64,000 bases of DNA from an uncultured Nitrososphaerota archaeon (GTDB lineage Archaea; Thermoproteota; EX4484-205; JAAOZO01), in contig CAYOYV010000001.1 of the NCBI GenBank assembly GCA_964408285.1, positions 219,841 to 283,840 on the forward strand. Reading direction: 5' to 3'. The notes beneath the pieces were generated by a model. That model ran no database searches. It was given only the letters and a program-made list of their open reading frames with translations, and was not told where the DNA came from. Numbering within the stretch: the first letter of the stretch is position 1; the number at the start of each line of letters is the position of its first letter. This document shows positions 39,445 to 49,271 of this stretch, piece by piece. The position numbers and the translations under genes were made by a program.

Positions 39445-40283
39445 GAATGATTGTTGGGGTGGACATAGGTGGCTCAATAACCAAGGCTGTCCTAATGAAA
39501 AGGTCGGACATTATCTCGATGACTATGTCCAAGACGCTCGAAGACCCTTTGACTTCATTGTCAGGAGTCTTGGGGAAAGTTGTCTCTCAGGCCTCGCTGC
39601 AGCTTAGCGATATTGACTGTATCGCTGTCTCTGGGGGGAAGAGTCGTCTGCTTCCGAACGCTCTATTTGGACTGTCAATAGTGAAGGTGAACGAGATAGA
39701 AAGCATAGGTACTGGGGGTTTGACCCTATCGAAGAGGAATCATGCACTCGTAGCGAGTCTGGGTACTGGCACTGCAATAGTATGGGCAAGGGATAGTGGC
39801 AGGAGCGTTGTTCACGTCGGAGGTACCGGAGTCGGTGGAGGAACGATAATGGGTTTGGGACGACAGCTTATCGGGATAGGTGATGTCAGCTTGCTGGCAC
39901 AGCTGGCTAGAACAGGCTCGCCCAAGGCAGTCAACTTGACGGTAGACGACATCGTTGGGAGCGGGGTTGGGATTCTTAATCCAAGCGTCACAGCATCGAA
40001 TTTCGGGCGAATTGATGGATCGACAAGACGGGAGGATTTGGCCGCGGGCCTATTCAGCATGGCTGGAGAGGTCATAGGTGTAGTCCTGCATCTCGCGTCC
40101 GATAGCGTGAAGGAGAATGACATTGTTCTTGTCGGCACTTTGAGCACCATCCAGGAAATCGCGAGCGTTGTGAAGCGTACGCTAGGCTACTTTGGGAAGG
40201 ATGCTGAGATTCCTGCGATGTCGGAGTATTGCGTTGCCGTTGGATCTGCGGTGAGATTAGCTTCGCAGAGAGGAGAAACATGA
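39441..40283 (+). CDS. coaW: Type II pantothenate kinase (Fumble/CoaW-like)
   Basis: GVDIGGSITK, SGG, NE, SLGTGT, HVGGTGVGGGT..GL, TASNFG. Confidence 0.82.
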   Translation: MRMIVGVDIGGSITKAVLMKRSDIISMTMSKTLEDPLTSLSGVLGKVVSQASLQLSDIDCIAVSGGKSRLLPNALFGLSIVKVNEIESIGTGGLTLSKRNHALVASLGTGTAIVWARDSGRSVVHVGGTGVGGGTIMGLGRQLIGIGDVSLLAQLARTGSPKAVNLTVDDIVGSGVGILNPSVTASNFGRIDGSTRREDLAAGLFSMAGEVIGVVLHLASDSVKENDIVLVGTLSTIQEIASVVKRTLGYFGKDAEIPAMSEYCVAVGSAVRLASQRGET

Positions 40284-40840
40284 GTGTACTGACCGGCTCA
40301 GAGGTTGTCGGAAGGAGAATAGTCAAAGGACTGCGAGATCCTGAATCCCAAGTACAGCCAGCCGGGGTCGATCTTAGCTTGGATGACGTAGAAAGATTTC
40401 GCGATCGTTTCTCGCTGCACAAGAAAAGCCTCAACCAAGCATCCACATCAAGGATCGAATCATCACGAGGATTGTATCGGCTGAACAAGGGAGCGTATAA
40501 GATCACCTTTGCGGAGACAATCGAGATACCTCCACAAGCGGTCGGGCTTGTCTTCCCTCGTTCTTCACTCCTTAGGTCTGGCTTGACAGTGCACACCGCG
40601 CTCTGGGACCCTGGATACAGGGGCAAAGGTTCCGTGCTTCTGATGATATCAAACCCTTACGGGGCAGTGATAGAGAAAGGAGCAAGGATTGCTCAGCTTA
40701 TGATATTCTCACTCTCGAATGTACCAGAGAAGACATATCATGGCAGGTATCAGAATGAAGGATTGCACTCACAGACTGCCGCCAAGAATGCCGACCGTCG
40801 CCACTTCGATTATCATCGCTGTGGCCAAAAGAAGCACTGA
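40280..40840 (+). CDS. Trimeric dUTPase / dCTP deaminase family
   Basis: QVQPAGVDL, PRSSLLRSG, WDPGYRG, RIAQL, Y.GRYQ. Confidence 0.88.
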   Translation: MSVLTGSEVVGRRIVKGLRDPESQVQPAGVDLSLDDVERFRDRFSLHKKSLNQASTSRIESSRGLYRLNKGAYKITFAETIEIPPQAVGLVFPRSSLLRSGLTVHTALWDPGYRGKGSVLLMISNPYGAVIEKGARIAQLMIFSLSNVPEKTYHGRYQNEGLHSQTAAKNADRRHFDYHRCGQKKH

Positions 40841-41290
40841 TACACCAAGGGTGGCGATGAAATATCCAATCTCTTGCCGTAGGTCTTTCCTTGTCAACAA
40901 CCTCTGACACAAGGCGAGGTTCTCTGCCATTGCCAGCGAATATGCACCGAACTCCATGAGAGCATGCGGCATAAGCATCGTGAAGATGAGGGCGATTCGG
41001 GGGTCTATGCCTGCAATCGAGGACACTGAGCCAATCGCCGCTCCTGTAACGTAGGAGGACAATATGGCTTCGCCTAGCCCGAGAAGAGGAACCATCATGA
41101 GTAGTACGGCGATGCCATTATTGTAGAGTATATATAATGGGCCATACTGATTGACCTTCTCAACTAGATCTTTAACCTGTTCGACCAACTCAGTGCTTGG
41201 TGGAGTGAACGTACCGATCACCATTGATCCCACGAGAACAAGCAGAGATATTCCTATCAACGGCAATCTCTCTCTGCTGAAGATGGACAT
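40769..41290 (-). CDS. SpoIIM-like (DUF95) membrane protein
   Basis: IL.NN, PHALMEF, A.IIE motifs. Confidence 0.8.
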   Translation of the reverse strand: MSIFSRERLPLIGISLLVLVGSMVIGTFTPPSTELVEQVKDLVEKVNQYGPLYILYNNGIAVLLMMVPLLGLGEAILSSYVTGAAIGSVSSIAGIDPRIALIFTMLMPHALMEFGAYSLAMAENLALCQRLLTRKDLRQEIGYFIATLGVSVLLLATAMIIEVATVGILGGSL

Positions 41291-41319
41291 TATTGTTCTC
41301 AGGACCGATCCGAAACCTG

Positions 41320-42681
41320 TCAGGATTTGGTCACTTCCAAGGCCTTCTTCGCAAGTTGCTCGGGATAGCTGTCTTGTTCAAATTTCTCGATTGTCCAGTT
41401 CGCTTTGATCTTGCCCATAAGTTGGTGACTGTCCTTCGAGACCTGATTGAGCATGTTCTGGATCCTTCTCTTGGACTTGGAGGTCTTGGGAATTCTCTTA
41501 CGGGCAGACTTTAGGAGATCAAGTGAACACAATCCGAGTTCAACCAGGCTGTCTCCCTTCCTGAGATAGGGGCGCATTTCCTTCTTGAGCTTTGGAGGGA
41601 GCCCTCTTTCCAACTTCTTGATCGACCTCCTTAAGTCATGCAGATAACGGACCATCCTGTTGATGAGATCCGCATCCATCGGATTTCTCATGATCTCTCG
41701 GACATATTCGGATAGGGCGGGAGATTCGTCGATGTCGAGGAAGCTCGCCCTCGAATGATCGGCGAAGGCCAGGAAGGCCTTTCTAAGCTCCCTCGGAAGG
41801 ATCTGCTGCACGGCTCTCTTCCAAGACTCAATAGGATCGTATCTTGGAGGATTGCTGGCGTAGTCTGCGAATGTCAGAAGTGCGAACTTGGAAGCCTCGG
41901 CTTCATTCATGGGATTCGAAACATATCCTGAGAGATGCTGCAGAAGCTCGGAGTCTCTTCCCTTGAGTGGGCCCAGAAATAGCCTGTCTCTATTGTAGTC
42001 GTTCACTGGATAGTTGTCCCATAGAAATGGTTTTCTTCTTATTCCGGATCCATAGGAATCCGCATCTTGGCAAGTGATGGTTGAAGAGCAGACTGTTCTT
42101 CCAGTCCACATGACATGAATCTCACTAGAGAGTCCCTGACCTAGGAGCCTATGATAGTCCTGTGGCTCAACACCCCAATATGGAGTTGGACATAGGATCA
42201 ACCTCACTTCGCCATATTCCTTCTTGAGTCGTTCCAGGAGCTTATTGGCCACATGAACATGGGCCTCAGCAAGCGATGGGAATTTGGACTTGTCCTGATC
42301 ATGGGCCAATTCTGGCGGAATATCGTCAAGGAATAGACCGAAAGTCCTCACGCCAAGCTCTGCAACCTGCGCGGCTTTCTTCCACAATCGCTCGAAGTCT
42401 TCATCAGAGGAGTATCTCATCGACAACCCGGGACTCAGTGCAAAACAGAAATCAACATCCCTCCTAATTGCCCTTGTCGTCAAGTTCCTGAGTCTTGCGA
42501 ACTCAGGCTGCGGATAAGGCTCAGCCCACCTCTCTCTGTGGAAAGGATCGTCTTTGGGAGCATAGATGTAGATGTTGAAGCCATGATTCCCCAGAAAATC
42601 GATCATGTCAAGCCTTGCTATATGAGTCCAAGGTGTGCCATAGAAGCCCTCAACAACTCCGACTGGCAAGACCGAATCCAA
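41320..42681 (-). CDS. GH84 beta-N-acetylglucosaminidase (O-GlcNAcase/hyaluronidase-like)
   Basis: GVVEGFYGTPW, YIYAPKDDP.HR..W, LFLDDI, CPT.Y, WTG, WDNYPVND, NPMN; likely TTG start 42681. Confidence 0.92.
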   Translation of the reverse strand: MDSVLPVGVVEGFYGTPWTHIARLDMIDFLGNHGFNIYIYAPKDDPFHRERWAEPYPQPEFARLRNLTTRAIRRDVDFCFALSPGLSMRYSSDEDFERLWKKAAQVAELGVRTFGLFLDDIPPELAHDQDKSKFPSLAEAHVHVANKLLERLKKEYGEVRLILCPTPYWGVEPQDYHRLLGQGLSSEIHVMWTGRTVCSSTITCQDADSYGSGIRRKPFLWDNYPVNDYNRDRLFLGPLKGRDSELLQHLSGYVSNPMNEAEASKFALLTFADYASNPPRYDPIESWKRAVQQILPRELRKAFLAFADHSRASFLDIDESPALSEYVREIMRNPMDADLINRMVRYLHDLRRSIKKLERGLPPKLKKEMRPYLRKGDSLVELGLCSLDLLKSARKRIPKTSKSKRRIQNMLNQVSKDSHQLMGKIKANWTIEKFEQDSYPEQLAKKALEVTKS

Positions 42682-42750
42682 CAGATTTCTTGCAACCCGT
42701 TCGATATCTAAGTTATAAATATTCCATGCTTGGAAGGTCTCTGTCCAATC

Positions 42751-43248
42751 ATGATTCTGGGGATAATGGGGGACTCGCATGATAGCTTGCCCCATATAAG
42801 GAGGGCAATCGATGTCTTTGATTCTGAGAATGTTGACTACGTACTTCACACAGGCGACATCATAAGCCCCTTTGCCATGAAGGAATTGGGCGGACTCGGC
42901 CAGAAACTTGTCCTCACGTTTGGCAACAATGATGGCGAAAGACTTGCACTGAGGGATGTGATGAGTTCGGTTGGCGCAAGACTGATATGGCCCAAAGTCC
43001 TCTTTGATATCGAAGGCAAGAGAATAGGCTTGCTGCACGGAGAGGATGAGGATTTGGTCAAGGCCATCGCAAAGAGTGCAGAAACAAGGCTTGTGGCGTA
43101 TGGCCACTCACATACTGCATCGATTACGATGAAGGGACCGACGCCTATAGTGAATCCCGGAGAGACTTGTGGTTACGTGTGCGGTAGAGCAACTGTGGCC
43201 GTGGTCGACGTCACAAGGAAAAGGGGAAGGATAGTTGAATTGGATTGA
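42751..43248 (+). CDS. YfcE/MJ0936-family metallophosphoesterase
   Basis: DSHD, HTGD, GNND, HG, GHSH, NPGE. Confidence 0.92.
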   Translation: MILGIMGDSHDSLPHIRRAIDVFDSENVDYVLHTGDIISPFAMKELGGLGQKLVLTFGNNDGERLALRDVMSSVGARLIWPKVLFDIEGKRIGLLHGEDEDLVKAIAKSAETRLVAYGHSHTASITMKGPTPIVNPGETCGYVCGRATVAVVDVTRKRGRIVELD

Positions 43249-43727
43249 AGGAGATTCCCCGGGAGAAAGGAACATACGCTCTGGTCGTTCGATTGCGTCA
43301 GCCTCTCGTCATGAGGCTCAATGAGCGCGAAGTCGTTTTCGCACGAGGGCTCTATGTCTACGCTGGATCTGCATTTGGTCCTGGAGGGCTAAGAGCAAGG
43401 ATTTCCAGGCATCTCAGCAGACAGAAACGCCGTCACTGGCACATTGACGAACTGACATCCGCGCTACAATGCAAGATAATGGCACTGATCTTTTGCATCT
43501 CGGCTGAAAAACTCGAGCGAGCTATCTGTGGATTGCTCTCAAAGGATCCACGATTCGCTAGTATCACCGGATTCGGATCGTCAGATGACCCGAGGAATCC
43601 GTCTCATCTCTTTCTCTTCGAGTCAGATTTCTCACGCTGCGTTTCGTCATGCGGTGCGAAATACATCCGGATCCTCGAGCCTGTGCTTCTGGGTCAGGGG
43701 ATCTGGATTAGGAATCTTGCTGGCTGA
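43245..43727 (+). CDS. GIY-YIG nuclease (DUF123)
   Basis: GTYAL, YVYAGSA.GPGGL..R..RH, HWHID, GFGSSD, SHLF. Confidence 0.88.
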   Translation: MKEIPREKGTYALVVRLRQPLVMRLNEREVVFARGLYVYAGSAFGPGGLRARISRHLSRQKRRHWHIDELTSALQCKIMALIFCISAEKLERAICGLLSKDPRFASITGFGSSDDPRNPSHLFLFESDFSRCVSSCGAKYIRILEPVLLGQGIWIRNLAG

Positions 43728-43733
43728 AGCGGA

Positions 43734-44759
43734 CTATTTTGGTTCGCGGTCATACATATAGTTGAACATGTCAACTAGCCTGCAGCTGTATCCCCATTCG
43801 TTGTCATACCAAGAGAAGGTCTTAACAAGTCTGTCCTGGACAACCATTGTGCTGAGACCGTCTATTATCGAAGAAGCTGGATTTCCCACAACGTCAGCAG
43901 ACACTATGGGATCTTCGACATATTCCAATATTCCCTTCATCTCGTTATTGGCAGCTTGTCTGAAGGCAGAGTTCACTTCCTCCTTGGTCGTTGGCTTCTC
44001 CACTTGGACTACCAAATCGGTTATGGATCCATCTGCGACGGGCACTCTCATGGCCACTCCATCGAGCTTTCCATCCAGTTCAGGAATGACCAGCCCGATC
44101 GCCTTTGCCGCTCCGGTTGTGGTAGGTATTATCGATAGAGCTGCTGCCCTAGCCCTCCTGAGGTCCTTGTGTGGCAGATCCTGCACTTTCTGATCATTCG
44201 TGTAGGCGTGAATTGTAGTCATGAATCCGTTCACGATTCCGAACTTGTCCAGCAGGACCTTTGCCATTGGTGCGAGGCTGTTGGTCGTACATGAGGCCAT
44301 AGAGATCATTTTCTGTTTTGGAGGATCATATTTATCCAAGTTCACTCCAGCAACAAAAGTAGGCACCTCCTTCTCGGAGGGCGCCGATATTACCACTCTT
44401 TGGGCACCGGCTGATAAGTGCTTCGATGCATCCTGAGGCTTAGTGAAAAGGCCAGTGGATTCCAGGACGAATTGGACGCCAAGATCCTTCCATGGAAGCA
44501 GGGCAGGGTCCTTCACCACTAGGACCTTCACCTCTCTACCTTGCACCATTATGCTGGAATCTGTGGCTTTCACTTCGAATGGAAGGGTCCTATGGATCGA
44601 ATCATATTTCAGGAGATGAGCAAGGGTCTTCGAATCCGTTATGTCGTTGACTGCGACAACATCGAATCTCTTCATGAATGTAGGATTCTGAATCGCGGCC
44701 CTATAGAATATCCTTCCTATTCTCCCGAAACCATTTATCGCCAGTCTTATTCTTTCCAT
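43734..44759 (-). CDS. gap: Glyceraldehyde-3-phosphate dehydrogenase, class I (bacterial/eukaryotic type)
   Basis: INGFGRIGR, ESTG.F, ASCTTN, HAYTNDQ, TGAAKA, WYDNEWGYS. Confidence 0.96.
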   Translation of the reverse strand: MERIRLAINGFGRIGRIFYRAAIQNPTFMKRFDVVAVNDITDSKTLAHLLKYDSIHRTLPFEVKATDSSIMVQGREVKVLVVKDPALLPWKDLGVQFVLESTGLFTKPQDASKHLSAGAQRVVISAPSEKEVPTFVAGVNLDKYDPPKQKMISMASCTTNSLAPMAKVLLDKFGIVNGFMTTIHAYTNDQKVQDLPHKDLRRARAAALSIIPTTTGAAKAIGLVIPELDGKLDGVAMRVPVADGSITDLVVQVEKPTTKEEVNSAFRQAANNEMKGILEYVEDPIVSADVVGNPASSIIDGLSTMVVQDRLVKTFSWYDNEWGYSCRLVDMFNYMYDREPK

Positions 44760-44855
44760 ACATAGCCATAGTCCGACGACGAAGATAAGTCTTTCAAGAA
44801 AGCACGACCTAATGCTTATAACTCATGAGTGCGATAAATATTGAGATCGAATTTG

Positions 44856-46070
44856 ATGTCAATAAGAACCATCGATTCGATTGATGCCAAAGGTAAAACC
44901 ATCATCGTAAGGGTAGATGTCAACAGCCCGCTAGATCCAAAGACCAATCTAATCATTGACGACAGCCGGATAAGACTACACTCTGAGACTCTGAACGAGC
45001 TCGCGGACAAGCAAGCGAGAGTGGTCGTCATTGCCCATCAGGGAAGAAAGGGTGACGCCGACTTCACGGATCTGCGGCAACACTCGGAATTGATCAAGAG
45101 ATATACAAACCACAATGTTCAATTCACTCAGAACGTAATAGGTCAGGAGGCAATAGAATCTATTAAAGGGCTTAGAGCTGGTGACATCCTATTTCTAAAC
45201 AACGTAAGATTACTAGATGAAGAAACCAGGGATCTTCCCCCGGAGCAGCATGCGAAAGGCAGTTTGGTCTCATCTCTATCTCCTCTTGCTAACTACTTCG
45301 TGAACGATGCATTCGCTGCTGCCCATCGATCCCATGCCTCGATTGTGGGATTCACGAGGGTGCTTCCTTCAGTAGCAGGCAGGGTGATGGAGAGGGAGCT
45401 TAGAGCTCTGCAGAAAGTTTACGAGAGCCCCGAAAAGCCATGTATATATGTTCTTGGCGGTGCAAAGCCGAAGGAGACTTTTAACGTAATAGAACACGTG
45501 CTAGACAAGCAGAAGGCCGATGACGTCCTCATTGGCGGGATGATCAGCACTGTCTTCTATAAGGCTTCTGGAGAGGACATTGGGGAATTGAACTCGAAAG
45601 AACTCATCGACAAGGGATTTGCATCAATGGTGGAGAAGGCAAGGCGTATCTGGGAGAAATATCATGACAAGATCGTGCTTCCCCTGGACGTCGCAGTCGA
45701 TCTTGAAGAGCGAAGGGTAGAAATCAGCAGAAGACAATTCCCGCCGTCTGCACCCATCAGGGACATCGGAACCGATAGCGTGACATTGTTCTCAAGGATA
45801 GCGCGCTATTCTAGAACCTTAGTGATGAATGGGCCCTTGGGATTGTTCGAGAACGAGGCATTCTCATTGGGCACCGTGGAATTCCTTAGGTCACTGAAGG
45901 GATCAAGCGCCTATTCTGTCTTGGGAGGGGGGCATTCCGTGGCAGCATTAGAGAAATATGGGCTGACTTCATTCGTGAGCTATGTGAGCTCTGCAGGGGG
46001 AGCAATGATCACCTATCTTTCAGGTGAGAAATTGCCAGGCGTGGAGGCATTAAGAAGTTCTGTGACATAG
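44856..46070 (+). CDS. pgk: Phosphoglycerate kinase (archaeal type)
   Basis: RVDVNSP, AHQGR, NDAFAAAHRSH, LGGAK, GGGH, SSAGGA. Confidence 0.96.
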   Translation: MSIRTIDSIDAKGKTIIVRVDVNSPLDPKTNLIIDDSRIRLHSETLNELADKQARVVVIAHQGRKGDADFTDLRQHSELIKRYTNHNVQFTQNVIGQEAIESIKGLRAGDILFLNNVRLLDEETRDLPPEQHAKGSLVSSLSPLANYFVNDAFAAAHRSHASIVGFTRVLPSVAGRVMERELRALQKVYESPEKPCIYVLGGAKPKETFNVIEHVLDKQKADDVLIGGMISTVFYKASGEDIGELNSKELIDKGFASMVEKARRIWEKYHDKIVLPLDVAVDLEERRVEISRRQFPPSAPIRDIGTDSVTLFSRIARYSRTLVMNGPLGLFENEAFSLGTVEFLRSLKGSSAYSVLGGGHSVAALEKYGLTSFVSYVSSAGGAMITYLSGEKLPGVEALRSSVT

Positions 46071-46161
46071 GTCTTTCAATCTAGCGGTGTGACATTGATG
46101 TAGAGAATAAGGTGGATGCGCTAAAGCTCTATATCTGACCTCTGCCTAGTCGAGTTCCGGA

Positions 46162-47133
46162 TTGGAATTCATTGTCTCGATACATGGAGACGAAGAAACG
46201 ACAATAGGTGCAGCCGTCGATGCTTCTGGTTCCATATTGGCATCAAGCAAGACAGGGGCATCGGATCCTCTTACGATGGGTTTCCAAGCGTCGTCAAGGA
46301 TGATCTATTCAGTCATCTCGGAGTTGTGCCTTGCCGTTGGATCTCCGCCCTTCAGCTACAGATGGGCTTCAGTCTCAACAACGGGTCTAGAGCGACACGA
46401 CGACAGGGAATTGCTCTACAGACACCTTCGCGGCACATTCGGCCTCGTAACCAAGTTGAGCTTGCATACGGATCTGGAGGCGACATTCTCATCGGCGTTT
46501 CCAAAAGATGAGGGCATACTGCTGGTTGCAGACATGAGATCATTCGCATGCTCTGTCGTGAAGGGTCAAGTGATGAGGGCTGGAGGATACGGACCGCTCT
46601 TAGATGAGGAGGGAAGTGATTACTGGATAGGTAGAGAGGCACTTAGGGCTATTGTTCACTCGTACGACGGACGTTCTCCGCCAAGCCAGCTCTCGGTGTC
46701 TATATTGAATTGGCTTTCCAAGGACAACCCAACAGAGATCGCGGAGTGGGCAATGAAGGCAAAGATCCGAGACATCGCTTCTATTTCGCCCCTTGTATCT
46801 GGAGCCGCAAAATCTGCGGATCCGATTGCCGTTGATATTATGAAACGGGCTGGCCATGAGCTCGCTAAGATGGTGTGGGCTGTCTGGAGGAAGTCTGGCT
46901 TGCGAACCCCTGTAGAGGTGAGAGTATCCGGTGAGAGCTTCAGGTCGAGTGATATCCTCCCCAAGGAACTTGCTGAGGAACTGAGGAACATGGGCCTAGA
47001 AACGGCTCTAAGGACTGTGAATGCGAATCCTTTGCATGGAGATACTATACTTGCACTGCAATCAGCAGGCATAGTCCTCACGAAGGGCATCGTCTCAAAA
47101 GCCGAAACTGAATTGTATTCGCTTTATAAGTGA
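46162..47133 (+). CDS. BadF/NagK-type GlcNAc/MurNAc kinase homolog with degenerate ATP-binding motifs
   Basis: RAGGYG.LL.EEGS.YWIGREAL....DGR, IASISP.V, A..EL retained; DGGGTKT and GTGS lost. Confidence 0.75.
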   Translation: MEFIVSIHGDEETTIGAAVDASGSILASSKTGASDPLTMGFQASSRMIYSVISELCLAVGSPPFSYRWASVSTTGLERHDDRELLYRHLRGTFGLVTKLSLHTDLEATFSSAFPKDEGILLVADMRSFACSVVKGQVMRAGGYGPLLDEEGSDYWIGREALRAIVHSYDGRSPPSQLSVSILNWLSKDNPTEIAEWAMKAKIRDIASISPLVSGAAKSADPIAVDIMKRAGHELAKMVWAVWRKSGLRTPVEVRVSGESFRSSDILPKELAEELRNMGLETALRTVNANPLHGDTILALQSAGIVLTKGIVSKAETELYSLYK

Positions 47134-47151
47134 GCGATTAGTGCTATCCTG

Positions 47152-48072
47152 TTGATGAGCGACACATTCGATGAACTACTGCCTCTTCTGACCGAAGCCA
47201 GAAATCCAAAGACCATGAACATAGACAGGGCTGATATCCTCGAGATGCTGACGATGATCAATGAGGAAGATAGGAAGATCGCAAGCGCCGTAGAGAAGGA
47301 AATCCCCACGATTGCAGAGGCAGTCGGATTCACGATTTCTTCATTCAAATCCGGAGGGCGGTTAATATATGTCGGAGCAGGAACCAGTGGCAGATTGGGT
47401 GTTCTCGATGCTGCCGAGTGTCCACCCACATTTGGTTCGGATCCCAGGATGGTTGTAGGCGTCATAGCTGGAGGACCAGAGGCTCTTGTCCGACCAGTTG
47501 AGGGTGCAGAGGATTCGTCTGATGACGGGGCAAAGAGAATTGACCAACTTCTAGTTGGAGCTAGGGACACCGTGGTAGGCATAACTGCCTCTGGAAGAAC
47601 GCCCTTCGTAATCGGCGCTTTGATTAGAGCCAGACAGCTTGGTGCAAGAACTGTCGGATTGAGCACGAATGAGAATCCAAAGATAAGGGATTATGTGGAT
47701 GTGATGATAACCCCCATAGTCGGTCCCGAGGTAATAACAGGATCAACGAGGATGAAATCAGCAACAGCGCAGAAGCTTATCCTCAATATGATATCGACTG
47801 CGTCTATGATAGGAATAGGAAAAGTGTACCAGAATCTGATGGTTGATCTAAAGCCATGGAGCAAGAAGCTAGAGGAAAGGTCAAAAAAGATAATCATGGA
47901 GCTCACAAAGGTGGAATACAATAGGGCAAACGAAGCTTTCGAAAGCTCGGGAAGAGACCTGAAGGTTGCCATAATAGTGATAGAAACAGGCGTGACTCCG
48001 GAGAAGGCCAAGGATGCACTGAGTTCGAGCGAGGGGCATGTTTATAGAGCAGTGAGTCTTCTGAGGGGCTAG
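47152..48072 (+). CDS. murQ: N-acetylmuramic acid 6-phosphate etherase
   Basis: TEARNP, GAGTSGRLGVLDAAECPPTF, VEGAED, ASGRTP, GPEVITGSTRMK, NLMVD. Confidence 0.93.
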   Translation: MMSDTFDELLPLLTEARNPKTMNIDRADILEMLTMINEEDRKIASAVEKEIPTIAEAVGFTISSFKSGGRLIYVGAGTSGRLGVLDAAECPPTFGSDPRMVVGVIAGGPEALVRPVEGAEDSSDDGAKRIDQLLVGARDTVVGITASGRTPFVIGALIRARQLGARTVGLSTNENPKIRDYVDVMITPIVGPEVITGSTRMKSATAQKLILNMISTASMIGIGKVYQNLMVDLKPWSKKLEERSKKIIMELTKVEYNRANEAFESSGRDLKVAIIVIETGVTPEKAKDALSSSEGHVYRAVSLLRG

Positions 48073-49271
48073 GAACTCAGGGCCCTGGCAGTGAAGAAAC
48101 TATTCATTGCTGCCGAAAGGGACCACAATATCACGGAACGCACAGCCAATCTTTGCTTACTCCCCATGCTGGCTATGAATAGCTTGAATTCGTTCTGAGC
48201 TTCAACAGCAGAGACTTTGTCAGCCGTGCAGAATGCCTTCGATGACTTGGAAACGAGGTCGGCTGCCTCTGAAATATATACCCCGTCTCTTTTCCTTGAT
48301 TCAAGGTCAAGACTCGAGAGTTTCTCACAAGCACTGGCGATTCTCTGATCGTTGATCAGAACTCCAATCACCATGAGCCTTGCGAGGGCTTCTCGATTGT
48401 CTGTTTCGAAGTAGATGCCTGAAGTTTCGCGTCTCAAACATTCGGACAGAATTGCTGATATCCTTGGGAGGACCTCTGCGCTTGGATGGGTGATAGTTAG
48501 GGACTTGAGGAAGGTGCTCATCGTCAGACCACATTCCTTCATTCTTCCGAGTGTTTCCGAGAACTTGCCATTGGCGACGATTCGCTGAGATATTTGGGCA
48601 AGAGATACTCCCAAAGCCTCCCATGTTTCTGGCGAGTCCCTCTCGAGTATCCTTGGAGGGCCATGCTGAAGGATGATGCATGCGGCCTCCCTATCTCCAG
48701 TAGACAGACACTCCCTGCATCCGCCCCCCACACATTCAACTGCCGGCTGACCTGATTCGGGGCATATTCGGCTCCTTCACGGATTTGCCGCGCCCCATGT
48801 CAGGTTGGCAAGTGGGGACAGAGCCTCGGTAGGGGGGCCAGGACCTGACAGCAACATTCTCCCGTCCGATACGAATAGACACGAGACCTTCCCTCTAGAA
48901 GCCTTGAAGGCACCTATCTGGGAGAGAGACTCAACGCGATCGAATATCCCAGATAGCCCAAAGAGCTTAGCGCCAAGATCCGTGTCCAGAAATTCGATAG
49001 GCTTCATCCCTGATTGCACTGCCGGATGCACCACGACGTGATCTGTCCCCAAGATGCTAGCTCGCGTTTCCGTTTGATGATTTCTGAACCTCGTTGCCGC
49101 CTCCTGCGCCAAGGCCTTCCTATGCCCCCCCTCTACCCACTCGATGATGGGACAATCACTTGGGTTGCTGAGACCCATTGCGCTCCTTCTAGCCAATGAC
49201 CTGCACGTGGGAATGAAACAGGAACTGCAATTCAAGCTGGGAAATCTGGAATAGAGTTCATGCAAGCTCAT
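48069..49271 (-). pseudogene. Fe-S cluster domain protein interrupted by an in-frame TGA (48777-48779)
   Basis: N-terminal P.LNC..C..PTC...A...C.  ORFs 48777-49271 and 48069-48731 share a frame and join as WGAANP*RSRICPESGQPAVECVGGGCREC. Confidence 0.65.

Noticed and set aside
42682-43107. 142-aa N-terminal extension of GH84 in the ORF track
   Set aside because: Antisense to the YfcE gene; a shared TATA near 42713-42719 supports the shorter start
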